Assembly (NCBI GenBank): GCA_000165345.1 | Contig: CM000434.1 | Coordinates: forward strand, 672,001 to 736,000 | Direction of reading: 5' to 3' | Length of the DNA: 64,000 bases | Shown here: piece by piece, positions 52,581 to 62,777 of the stretch | How the letters are laid out: the number at the start of each line of letters is the position of its first letter | How positions within the stretch are numbered: position 1 is the stretch's first letter | The notes under the pieces: generated by a model | Seen by the model: the letters and a program-made list of their open reading frames with translations, nothing else | Told to the model about the DNA's origin: nothing | The model's database searches: none | Translations under genes and position numbers: made by a program

Positions 52581-53567
52581 GAGAATGGTAGTAATAATAA
52601 CTATAGAGTTTTTTGATTAAAAAAAACTTGTAGGGCTTGTAAATTATATTTTCTCTTATAGTTTTAAATATATTATTGCGAACATTTTTTTAATATAAGA
52701 AAAAAAATATTTGTATGACGTGTGCGCGGCAACTTTTGGGATTTTAATATCATTACATGTCAATGCAAGTTGCATGTAATAATGATTTTTTGTAATTATG
52801 CTTGTAATGTATTGTAAGTTGCATGCAGAATAGTAATAATAATAAGAGAAGGAAAATGATGAGAAGAGAGGAAAGTGAATGGAATAGATTGTATTTGATT
52901 TGTTTGAATGATTTTTTCTAAATGAATTGGAGGAAAAAAACTTTTAAGTACATTAATTATATACCTAATCAATGTATTGAATTTTATGTGAGTTCAAATA
53001 TATATATGTAATTTTTTTTCTTTAAATTTAGTTGAAAGTTTGGCTAAATTGGAAAATTTAGCCGCGTATAATATTAAGAGCACAATAACTTAGAAAGTTT
53101 TAATAATATATATAAATAATAGTTTTGAGTAATTGACACGAATAGTAACAAATTATAACTATTTTTCTTTAGGTTAGGTTAGAAAAGTCAAATTAAAGAT
53201 GACGATAATAATAATAGTAATAATAATGATACAAATATAATGTTACTAATAATTAAATAGAAACATAGGGAGAGGGGGGGGGGCTATATTATATTACAAT
53301 AGTAATAATAATTTCCATAACTCTATATAATATTTGCATGCATGAAAAATTTTAAAATAATTTTTTTTTGAATATTTTGGCGGGAATAATGAGTTGGCAA
53401 TAAAATTGTGGTTGCGCATGCAAGCAAAAGTATTTATGTGGCTTAACAAAATATTAATAAAATAATAAACACAAACATTGAAAAAAAAAATCCGAGAAAG
53501 AAAGAAAAAGAAGGAATATTTAGGAGTAGTATATAAACAGAAAAAGTGAAGAAAATAGGAGGAGAAG

Positions 53568-55952
53568 ATGCTCAATGTTGAGGGAGGCGATATTGATGAA
53601 GATATAAATTATAGTAATTATCAAAGAGAAATATATTCAAATGAGCTAGAAAAAAAAACTGGACTAAATAATAATAATAGTAATAATAACAATAGCGACG
53701 ATTATTATTATTATTATGGGAATGATACTATACAAGAAAGTTATTATAGCAATTATGACAAAAATGGAATGAACAAGAATAATGATGAATATGAATTAAA
53801 TGATAATGAAGTATCCTTGGAAATGTATTCTAAAGAACTTGATATAATAAGTTTAAGTAAAGGAATAGTTGAGAATATTTGGTATGTTGAAATAGAAAGT
53901 AATGGAGAAGTTGTTTGGTCTAGTGTAATTGCTTGTGATTTTTCAAAACAAGAAAATGATAATGAAGAGAATAATAGACAATGGGAGAGTTTAAGTTCCA
54001 AAAGTGGTTGGAATAAAAAACAATTATTTGGTAATGAAGTTAATATAATAACAAAAAAACAATTAATAGAATTATTAATTCAAGATGGCATTACAAATGA
54101 AAATAGTATAAAACTTTTTACTTCAATTGGAATGTGGAAATCACTATTTCTAACATTGAATTATAGTACATATATTAGAAGAAAGCGAGAAATGCTTTAT
54201 TCAAAACAAGTTAAGGATTATATTGTTAAGTTTAATAATAGAAGGGAAACAATAGAAAGAAGAATGAGAATAAATTATAATGAAGATGATCGAACAAATT
54301 TAATCAAGTTAATATATCAAGGAATTCAAGATTTATTTGGTTCAATTTCTATTTGTAATAGTCCAGAAATTTTTAAAATTACTTACAAAATTCCTTTTTA
54401 TTGGGCTTCTTTAATTGCTAATATATATGTTTTTGAAAAGCTAAGGAATTATGACATCATGTTAATTATTATTGAATATATTTCAGAAGTTAATCCAGAG
54501 CTTATTTTTGAATTTCAGAAATATTCTAAGTCGTCTATTCAAAGTAATAATAATAATATGATTGAAATGCTCAATATTTTCAATAATGAACTATTACAAA
54601 ATACTTCAACATGTTTTCAAGAATATCTCTCAGATTTATTATCAATAACTGAAAAGAGTAAACTTATTTTAAGCTCTTATATAACATCTAATAATAGTGA
54701 TACAGAAAAACAGAAATCTAATATAAATATTGAAGAAAATCAATCAATTCAATTCAAAGATAAGAATCAAAATGATGAAAATGTAGTCAAAATTAATAAT
54801 CAAAGTGATATAAAGAGAAAACCAAATTATATGAGACCAACTCGACTTTCAGAAATAAGAAGACAGAATAGCAGAAAAAGTATCAATGAAAAAGTTCACT
54901 CCAAGTTTGAAGAAGGTGTTAATACTAGTACTAGTGTTTTTACTACTGCTAATACCAATTCTAATACCACTAATATCATTAATACTACTAGTACTACTAA
55001 TAATACCACGAATATCACTAATAACAATAATACCACTAATAACAATAACTCTAATAATAACAACAGTAATAGTAAAAACACAGTTCTTGGCCAAGTTAAA
55101 GCAAATATACAAAAAGATCCAGAAAAGGAAATGATCAAGGATAATGAAAAGAACCCTTCAAGTTTAAAAAATGACCAAAATAAAAAAAACAGGTTTAGAA
55201 ACTTAAGTACAAAACATTTAATTGATTCAAAAGAAAACAATGAAATGTTGAATAATTCTGTTTCTAATGATAATCTTTCCAAAAATCCAACTATAATCAA
55301 CACAAATAATTCCATCAATTATAATAGTTATGATGAAAATAAATTCATTAATGAAAAAAATAATTTAAAGACTATTTTGAATATATTGGAAGAAAAATCA
55401 AAGTCTCAAGTTGTCAATAAAGTTAACTTTGATGATGAACTTTTCAATATTATCAGTGAATTAGATAAGATTAATTTTAAAAATCAAAATAATGAAAATG
55501 ATATTTCCACAAATATTTCAGAAGATTTCTCTCAAAATATTTATTCCAATAATAAATCTGATAATGATAAAGATTTTCAATATCAAGATGAAAATATTAA
55601 TGATGAAACATATTTACAAGTAAATAATATCAAATCTCATTTAGATCCTTATGATTGGTACTATTCATCAAGTAATAATGAAAATGGTGATAATGAAAAT
55701 GTTCAAATGACTACAAAGTTAAATAAATTAAGTCCAAAAACAGTTCATACTAATAATGAGAAAGTTACACAATTAATCAGTTTGAGCGAAAATGATGATA
55801 ATAATCATAATAATAGAAATATTACAATAGAAGAAAATGTATCTTCAAATACAGACATTAATGAATTAAAATATATTGAAAGTATATTAGATAAAGAAAT
55901 CGAAGAATTACAAAGACAAGAAGATGAATTAGCTTCAAATATTTTCTTTTAG
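53568..55952 (+). CDS. Asn-rich low-complexity hypothetical protein, 794 aa, with poly-N, poly-Y and NNT/TNN runs; the C-terminus is weakly coiled-coil.
   Basis: The ORF starts at the ATG at 53568. A TTTTGGCGGGAA E2F box and GCATGCA lie 150-230 bp upstream. Confidence 0.55.
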   Translation: MLNVEGGDIDEDINYSNYQREIYSNELEKKTGLNNNNSNNNNSDDYYYYYGNDTIQESYYSNYDKNGMNKNNDEYELNDNEVSLEMYSKELDIISLSKGIVENIWYVEIESNGEVVWSSVIACDFSKQENDNEENNRQWESLSSKSGWNKKQLFGNEVNIITKKQLIELLIQDGITNENSIKLFTSIGMWKSLFLTLNYSTYIRRKREMLYSKQVKDYIVKFNNRRETIERRMRINYNEDDRTNLIKLIYQGIQDLFGSISICNSPEIFKITYKIPFYWASLIANIYVFEKLRNYDIMLIIIEYISEVNPELIFEFQKYSKSSIQSNNNNMIEMLNIFNNELLQNTSTCFQEYLSDLLSITEKSKLILSSYITSNNSDTEKQKSNINIEENQSIQFKDKNQNDENVVKINNQSDIKRKPNYMRPTRLSEIRRQNSRKSINEKVHSKFEEGVNTSTSVFTTANTNSNTTNIINTTSTTNNTTNITNNNNTTNNNNSNNNNSNSKNTVLGQVKANIQKDPEKEMIKDNEKNPSSLKNDQNKKNRFRNLSTKHLIDSKENNEMLNNSVSNDNLSKNPTIINTNNSINYNSYDENKFINEKNNLKTILNILEEKSKSQVVNKVNFDDELFNIISELDKINFKNQNNENDISTNISEDFSQNIYSNNKSDNDKDFQYQDENINDETYLQVNNIKSHLDPYDWYYSSSNNENGDNENVQMTTKLNKLSPKTVHTNNEKVTQLISLSENDDNNHNNRNITIEENVSSNTDINELKYIESILDKEIEELQRQEDELASNIFF

Positions 55953-55983
55953 ATACTCCTAAAATATAAATATCTTCAAGTAA

Positions 55984-57660
55984 TTATAGAATATCTAAAA
56001 TAAATGGAAAAACATGAGAATTATCTGGTTTATGTACAAGATCATATTCACTTGGCTTTTCTGAAGGAGGATCAAATTTTGGAAGAATAATAAATCCATC
56101 TTGATCTTTCTCAAAATTATTCTTATTATCAGTACTTCTTGAAGATGATGAATATTTACTGGATTTCTTATAACCATTTCCTTCTATCCTATTTTCACTC
56201 CAAGGTGATGGTAAAAAGTGATTTCCAAGTTCTGGTAATGGTGTTTTATTACCATTATATGCACCATGCATTGTTTCTCTATAAAATTTATAAAGATGAA
56301 GCTGAGGATCAGATTGTACAAAACTTGGAAAACTTTCATCAAATCTTCTATCTCTACGAAATCTATAATAATACAAGTCAACAAGATCTTGATGAGAAAA
56401 TCTATTTTGTTTTCTAAGATCAATCTTTCTTAAGAATTCTATTTGATTTGGTGATAAATCTCTTGGCTCCAAATTCCCCCAACAATAATATGGTGAATTT
56501 CTATTTGAAATCCCATATATTATTTCATCAGAATCTCCCTTACCAAATTCTACAGGTTTTGGATCTAAAATACCAATAGTACCAAGTTGTTGCTTATTTA
56601 ATGGTAAATCTGTATAGTAAATTAATCCACAATCAAAACATTGAAGTATAATAGTATCAGGTGGTATTTCTATTGAAGATACTGGGAAATGTGGCATATT
56701 TTCAAATTTGTTTTTATTATTATAATTTGGAATTTCTCTATTATCTAAATCAAAGGCATTAACTAATTGAAATAATACATCCATAAATATTTTCCCTGTA
56801 ATACCTAATATATTTATTGCTCCTTTAATATTCGAACAAGTATTATTCATACAAGTAATTGGAGATAATTCTTCACTAAATAATGGTCTTTTATTATTGA
56901 CTAATGATCCACTATTCCTTTTAAATTCTTGAATTAAAGCATTTTCTTTTACTTTATTATTTGATTCTTTTCTTTCTGAAGATTTAATACTAAACATGGA
57001 CTTTAATTGATCATTGGATTCATTTACACCAACAATATTATTATGAGATGATGGTATATTATTAACAATATTTTTACTAATAGAGTTAAGTATTTTTTCA
57101 TCTCTAACAACAACTTTGGAATTATTAGCTCTTCTTTCATTTGCCAAAGTATTATATCTTTCAACTTTATAATAGTCTCCTAAAACTCCTAGAAGACTAC
57201 CATTACTAATACTACTGCATTGACTAAGAATACATGAATTTTTTTGTGATGATAATGGCGATGGAGATGGCGAGGGCGATGATGATGATGAAGATATTAA
57301 TGGTGATGGCGCTTTACCTTGAGTTCTTTTAAATTGTTGACTTTTTCTTAATTCATTGCTCATTCTTAATCTTTCACTATATTCATCACTTCCCATACTA
57401 ATACTATTATATATTGGAGCTCCTGTTAATGAATGAATTGGAGTATATCTAACATGATTATCACTATTAGATAATAAAGGAGGTTGGTTAGAATTTGAAC
57501 TGGAAGATGATACAATATTAGAAACTTTTGATTCATTATTATGTTCAACAGGAATATTTCCTAATCCTTCATTTAAAGATCCATTTTGAAAGAAATAGTT
57601 TGGTAATATTTGACTATTTCTTGAAATAGAAGAAGAAGCTGATAAAAAAGATGAGCTCAT
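55984..57660 (-). CDS. Ser-rich hypothetical protein, 558 aa, with an SPSPSPSP tract.
   Basis: Uninterrupted ORF; I recognise no domain. Confidence 0.55.
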   Translation of the reverse strand: MSSSFLSASSSISRNSQILPNYFFQNGSLNEGLGNIPVEHNNESKVSNIVSSSSSNSNQPPLLSNSDNHVRYTPIHSLTGAPIYNSISMGSDEYSERLRMSNELRKSQQFKRTQGKAPSPLISSSSSSPSPSPSPLSSQKNSCILSQCSSISNGSLLGVLGDYYKVERYNTLANERRANNSKVVVRDEKILNSISKNIVNNIPSSHNNIVGVNESNDQLKSMFSIKSSERKESNNKVKENALIQEFKRNSGSLVNNKRPLFSEELSPITCMNNTCSNIKGAINILGITGKIFMDVLFQLVNAFDLDNREIPNYNNKNKFENMPHFPVSSIEIPPDTIILQCFDCGLIYYTDLPLNKQQLGTIGILDPKPVEFGKGDSDEIIYGISNRNSPYYCWGNLEPRDLSPNQIEFLRKIDLRKQNRFSHQDLVDLYYYRFRRDRRFDESFPSFVQSDPQLHLYKFYRETMHGAYNGNKTPLPELGNHFLPSPWSENRIEGNGYKKSSKYSSSSRSTDNKNNFEKDQDGFIILPKFDPPSEKPSEYDLVHKPDNSHVFPFILDIL

Positions 57661-57959
57661 TTGTATTATTATTATTATTATTATATTAATTGAAGTAAAA
57701 AAGTGATAATTTAAGTAATTTATTATATAATTCTTTAATAATTAATTAGTTAATTAATATTAATAATTTTGTTTTATTTTCACAGATTTATCAATTAATC
57801 AATTAATTTATTTACTTATTATTATGTAATATTAAGTAAATTTAGCTTCAAATGTTTCTTAATCTAATCAATTTACTTTCATTATTTCCCTTTAATTTTA
57901 ATCTTTTTTTTAGAAAAAAAAAATTCTCACACACATGCCGTTATAAACCTAAAAATTCT

Positions 57960-57969
57960 ATACCGGTAT
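57960..57969. promoter_or_regulatory. ATACCGGTAT palindrome 300 bp upstream of the ATG of the 55984-57660 gene.
   Basis: Read directly: ctataccggtatccacgtc. Confidence 0.35.
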
Positions 57970-58335
57970 CCACGTCTTGTCTCCACGCTGTCAGAAAAAT
58001 AATAAAAGATGACATGAGCTAAAAAAAAGATATGATTTTTGTAAAAAAGAAAAGAAAAAAAATATGGAAATGAATATATTATTTAATTTTGTAAAACATA
58101 GTTGTTTGTTTTAGTTATATGATTTAAGGGAGTTAGGTTATATTAAAGAAGAATTTAGGGAAAAATAATAAGATTTAAGTATTATATAAATAATGAATAG
58201 TAAGTATAAAGAAAATATGCAGATTTAGTGTTTCGTTATAATAATAAAAAATAAGTAGTGTGTAATTAGAAGAGGAATGGAGATAAGAAAAAAGTCCCGT
58301 TTCCATCTTCAAATTAAAAAGAGATATATTATATT

Positions 58336-61300
58336 TTAAAATAGCTCTTCTAGTAGTTCTGTTTTTTGCTCAGAAAGCCTTTGTGCAGCAAGCCAGAGAC
58401 CAAATCTATGAGAAATAGTTCCATTAAACTGCTCAAGAGTACGATTGAATCTTCTATAGTCGAAGGTAGATGGAATACTATGAAGGATGGATATACATCC
58501 TTCAAATGATGTCATAATCAGCTTATGTTCATGGTACTTAAGAACACCAAGAGCAACTTGGAATGCATATGGTTCTCCAAAAAGAAAAAGAGAATCCCAA
58601 ACCTTTGGAATAACTTGTATTGGAATACATGTTGAAAATAAAGAAGTCAACCATGAAATTAAGTATGTGTCTGATGTAATACTTAATAAATCAAAATGAT
58701 AAGCCAAAGAAGGCATTAATTCTTTAAATAACATATCAAAGAAATCCAATCTCATTTTAACATTTCTATGATTAAGCATAAACATATCTAAGAAGAAGCT
58801 GTTATGCAAAAGGTTAGTAAAGGTTTTAAATGCTTCCATCAAATTAATATTAAATAACAAAAGAATCATTGCAATATGACTCATCCCCTCAACATAACCT
58901 ATATCAGGCCTATACAATATAAAACATTCAACCAAAATCTTAGTACTCTGGTCTATTCTATATATACTCGGATTGTCATTAAAAAATAATAATACACTCT
59001 CAAGTTCTGAATCTTCATCATCTTCCAGAATTTTCCTATTAATATGAGATTGGGAAATTGGAGAGAGCCCGCCTAATGGTGAAGGAACTGTCATAAATGT
59101 AGAATCTGATTGTTCATTAGCCATTTGTTTCTGTTCTATATATTTTGCTTTTTGTTTAGATTTCATTTTGTCCCAAATTCTGTATCCTAGTACTGCTCCA
59201 GCTCCAATAAAGAATGAATGAAGTTCTGGAAATACATTCGATATATCTCTATGAAACCTTTTAAGGTGTATGAAAAATGCCTCTTTCAATGGCCCGCCTT
59301 CAAAGTATGCATGCATGCACATTTGCATTTCCCCACATGCTGAGGGGCAGATTGACTCTGACAGGTCTGTCAGAAAATTACTTCTGAGTCTTAAAAGATG
59401 GTTAAAAGTGGCAGCTTGAATTTGAAGATTATTTCCTACAGAAATATTCCATAAGATTCCTCTATATGAACAAGGAATATTGTTAACCCATAAATGAAGA
59501 ATAAGGTGAGAAATAGGCGCCTGATAATTAATATATTTATTATGTAAATTATGACTTGGGGGTGCATATTTTGGCTTTTTAAGCTTCAAAAAGCTAAATA
59601 TACTCATTATTTTCCATGAGAATGTTGATTTTGGTACAGAAGCTTTATATTTGTTCTTTTTATTATGAATCCAAGCCATTTTTTGGGGATTCGAGGACAT
59701 TTTTGATTTTGATTTCCAGCTATTAGTATTAGAATTCAAATTCTCTTTTTGGCCAGAAACTATTTCTTGAAGAATACTACCTGTGGGATTATTGTCGGCA
59801 CATGAATTATATTGGTGTAAATCAAACAGTGTGGAAATAGAATTCGAATTTGAGTTGGATGATAAAACTTCCTTATTTGAGAGGGAAACTGCATTAGGAA
59901 GTTCAGTATTACATAAGTTGATAAATGAATTTAAGCTCCAGTGATTTTCCCATTGAATAAAGATTCCATGGTGCCATACTCTTAATAAGTCACTTTCAAT
60001 TCCTTTATCTATAATTGGGATTCCATAAACTGTCATTACATTACCATCTTGAGCTTCTTTAGCTTCTTTGGTTTCTTGATTTTTAAGAATAGTTTGGTGA
60101 AAGAATCTGACCCATATTAATAATGATGGAAAAGTAGAATCTAATGAACAGAGATTAATGGATTCCCCTGAGCGAGTTATCAGTGAGAAACATTTGGATT
60201 CCAGTTCACTTTGTAAGTGGTTTGCATTATTTTTGGATAAGGTTGAACTGGTCTTTCCTTTTCTTAAGATTTTACTGGATTTTCGATCTAAATGGATTTT
60301 ACTTGATACTCCCACATTAATATCCACAATATCATCCAAAAGAATACAAGATAAATCAGAAATGTCCATTCCAAAAGCTCTACGGATTCTACTTGTAATT
60401 CTTGAATGTCTGGTTAAAATACAGCTTTGGTTATCAAACAGATTTTCATCTCTTAGAAAGATATTCGAATCCATTGCTTTATTATTGTTAATACTATTAT
60501 TATTTAAAGGTCTAGAGAGACGTTTCTTGTTATAATTAACCAGTTTACTAAGTTTAAGAGACATATTACTAACAAAATTACTTGGATTTAATAAGTGACT
60601 TGATTTACTTCTAACTTTCTTCCAACAGAAGAATTTTGAATCTGAAGATATCCAAGCAATTATTGTATGAGAACTATTTTTATTTGAGAATCTTCTAAAG
60701 ATTGTTCCTTTTTGAAGAAGAGTTGGACTAACTTGAGATACTTGTTTAGATCTTAAGACTTTTGGATCTCTAGAAAGTCTTCCATATACTTTTTCAGATG
60801 GAGATAATAATGGTTTAAGTTCATTTTCAGCAACTCTATCGTACATATTTTCAAGTTGAGTACTTGTTACTGGAAGATTTGAATGCATACACATTGTAAT
60901 AAATTCTTGTTTGGACATTTTTGTTCTTACATGAGAATTATGTAAGGATGTATTTAACATTACCAAAGCATAACAAAGTGTATGGATCTGATCAGAGGTA
61001 TATAAAGTTGTTGGATTGTCTCTAATATAACTAACAGAGAACCTCTCTAGTATTCTATAAACCATTTGGGATTCTCCTGGAAGAAAGAATCTAGATAAGA
61101 AATATCTTAAAGCAATATCAGGTTCCAAAGAATTAGTATTAAATAAGTGAACATAATTATTGAGTATACTTAAAGAGAGGTTTGAATGTCCTCCTAGAAG
61201 CTCTCCAACTTTACGTTTATCCAAGAAATCAGTATGAAGAATAAAGTTTGCAATATATAAAGGATCATCTTCAACAAGTTTATGTTCAATTAAATAAGAA

Positions 61301-62211
61301 ATTCCTTCTTCTGGTGAGTTATTGAAAAGTAATACTCCCTGTTCAAGTTGTTCCATTAACTGTATTTCTTCTTTAAGTATATCCATGTGGCATTGTCCTT
61401 GAGAGATGTATGGTTGTGAACAGAAGATATCTGAACTTACTCCTTGGTGTATATTATACCTCCTTTTAGTGTTAGAGGATGCAAAAGATCCAGACTTTTG
61501 GTGAGCTTTATGATATTGACAATCAATAGAAGAATTATAGTGGTTGTATTCATCTGAATTCAAGTTAGGGTGGTTTTGAAAGACATGAGAACTATTACTG
61601 GTTTTTCTTTTTGTTTCATTTGATACACCAAAACTTTTAAATGAAGGAGAATTTTCTGAAGTAGTATCAATGGATTTTATAGATTGAGCTGAGTTATGTT
61701 TACTTTGTTGATTGGAAGTAACTCCGCCAGTTTCAGATTTCAGTTGGAATGAATTTGATATTCTGGAAGCCATTAAGATTTGCCTGATCTTTTTTGCTGT
61801 TAGTGATGGTATGACAGGCTGATTTCCGTCAGGACTTCTATTAATAGCTGAACCAGACCAATCTTGTGAGATCCTCATAACAGGAAGACTAGCAGAACTT
61901 GAATTACTTGCAAATCTAATTTGTTCTGGTTCAAGTGTTGAAAAACTTTTAGAGGAGAAATTTGAATGATTTTGACAAGAATCTTGTTCTGGAACATAGC
62001 TGAAGGTTGTTATGGGATTTTCGGAGAAGTTTACACTAACTTCAAATTCAGATTCTTGAGATAAGGCTCTAACTTGAGTCGTAGATTGGTTTTTGTTCTG
62101 ATTCTCAAAATCACTACTATTAAAGTTTTCAGAGCAAACATTTGATGAGATATTCGGAACATTCTCAGCTTCCATGATTTGTACTCCCTTTTTTAAGGCC
62201 CGTGGAGACAT
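58336..62211 (-). CDS. Large TBC (Rab-GAP) domain protein of 1291 aa with a long Ser/Asn-rich N-terminal half. The TBC catalytic fingers look substituted.
   Basis: TBC motif A is NIPCSYRGILWNISVGN (compare GIPxxLRxxVWxxLLG). Motif B reads FHRDISNVFPE against the IxxDxxRTFP consensus, so Arg appears as Asn. Motif C reads DIGYVEGMSHIAMILLL against xxGYxQGMxxxxxxLL, so Gln appears as Glu. Confidence 0.65.
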   Translation of the reverse strand: MSPRALKKGVQIMEAENVPNISSNVCSENFNSSDFENQNKNQSTTQVRALSQESEFEVSVNFSENPITTFSYVPEQDSCQNHSNFSSKSFSTLEPEQIRFASNSSSASLPVMRISQDWSGSAINRSPDGNQPVIPSLTAKKIRQILMASRISNSFQLKSETGGVTSNQQSKHNSAQSIKSIDTTSENSPSFKSFGVSNETKRKTSNSSHVFQNHPNLNSDEYNHYNSSIDCQYHKAHQKSGSFASSNTKRRYNIHQGVSSDIFCSQPYISQGQCHMDILKEEIQLMEQLEQGVLLFNNSPEEGISYLIEHKLVEDDPLYIANFILHTDFLDKRKVGELLGGHSNLSLSILNNYVHLFNTNSLEPDIALRYFLSRFFLPGESQMVYRILERFSVSYIRDNPTTLYTSDQIHTLCYALVMLNTSLHNSHVRTKMSKQEFITMCMHSNLPVTSTQLENMYDRVAENELKPLLSPSEKVYGRLSRDPKVLRSKQVSQVSPTLLQKGTIFRRFSNKNSSHTIIAWISSDSKFFCWKKVRSKSSHLLNPSNFVSNMSLKLSKLVNYNKKRLSRPLNNNSINNNKAMDSNIFLRDENLFDNQSCILTRHSRITSRIRRAFGMDISDLSCILLDDIVDINVGVSSKIHLDRKSSKILRKGKTSSTLSKNNANHLQSELESKCFSLITRSGESINLCSLDSTFPSLLIWVRFFHQTILKNQETKEAKEAQDGNVMTVYGIPIIDKGIESDLLRVWHHGIFIQWENHWSLNSFINLCNTELPNAVSLSNKEVLSSNSNSNSISTLFDLHQYNSCADNNPTGSILQEIVSGQKENLNSNTNSWKSKSKMSSNPQKMAWIHNKKNKYKASVPKSTFSWKIMSIFSFLKLKKPKYAPPSHNLHNKYINYQAPISHLILHLWVNNIPCSYRGILWNISVGNNLQIQAATFNHLLRLRSNFLTDLSESICPSACGEMQMCMHAYFEGGPLKEAFFIHLKRFHRDISNVFPELHSFFIGAGAVLGYRIWDKMKSKQKAKYIEQKQMANEQSDSTFMTVPSPLGGLSPISQSHINRKILEDDEDSELESVLLFFNDNPSIYRIDQSTKILVECFILYRPDIGYVEGMSHIAMILLLFNINLMEAFKTFTNLLHNSFFLDMFMLNHRNVKMRLDFFDMLFKELMPSLAYHFDLLSITSDTYLISWLTSLFSTCIPIQVIPKVWDSLFLFGEPYAFQVALGVLKYHEHKLIMTSFEGCISILHSIPSTFDYRRFNRTLEQFNGTISHRFGLWLAAQRLSEQKTELLEELF

Positions 62212-62777
62212 TGTGTATAAATATAAATATATGAGAAAACTTTCTAAGTGGATTTTAAAGAAAAAAGGCCAAAATGAGTTTTCATTGCTAAAAAAAAATA
62301 AGAAAGTAAAGCTTGAAGATTATTACCTCTAACAAAAATGTTAAAGTTGAGGCTTCTCTTTCTCCTGTTGAGCCTTAAACTCTTAATTCAAAAGAAAGCT
62401 ATATTGTATTTCAGGACTTTTTGACGCTAGCCTAAACCTCGAGATACCCAGTTTCTCTCCGTTCATTCGCGGTCTACAAAAAAGTCTTGAACAATCTTAT
62501 CTCTAATTCGTGTTCATACAATTATTGGTTATTTTAATTCCAGTCCTAAAGCATCTTTCCAAACTATTCCAAAAGGCCGGGTTCGAGTCTGTGCCCGCGC
62601 GCGCCAAATGTGTTGCATGCAACAGTTAATTCATTATCGGTGGGAACGGAGAAGAAAAGAGGTTGGGATGAAATGATGACAAAAAACATAGAGGTAAAGA
62701 TGTTATATATAGAGAATGAGTTATATAAGTGGATTAAAAGTGTGTGGTAGGCTCAGGAAGGCTAAAAAAAAGACGAA

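Noticed and set aside
54849-55318. Minus- and plus-strand small ORFs rich in Leu/Val/Ile inside the Asn-rich gene
   Set aside because: They are alternative-frame readings of AT-rich repetitive codons (AAT/ATT/TAA) within a long sense ORF, typical artefacts.
62570-62606. tRNA-like T-loop string GGGTTCGAGTC followed by GC-rich sequence and CCA
   Set aside because: There is no complementary 5' acceptor strand, D-arm or anticodon arm in the preceding 75 nt, and eukaryotic tRNA genes do not encode CCA. The GC-rich part is better read as a CGCGCGCGCCAAA E2F-like box next to a TTGCATGCAA palindrome.
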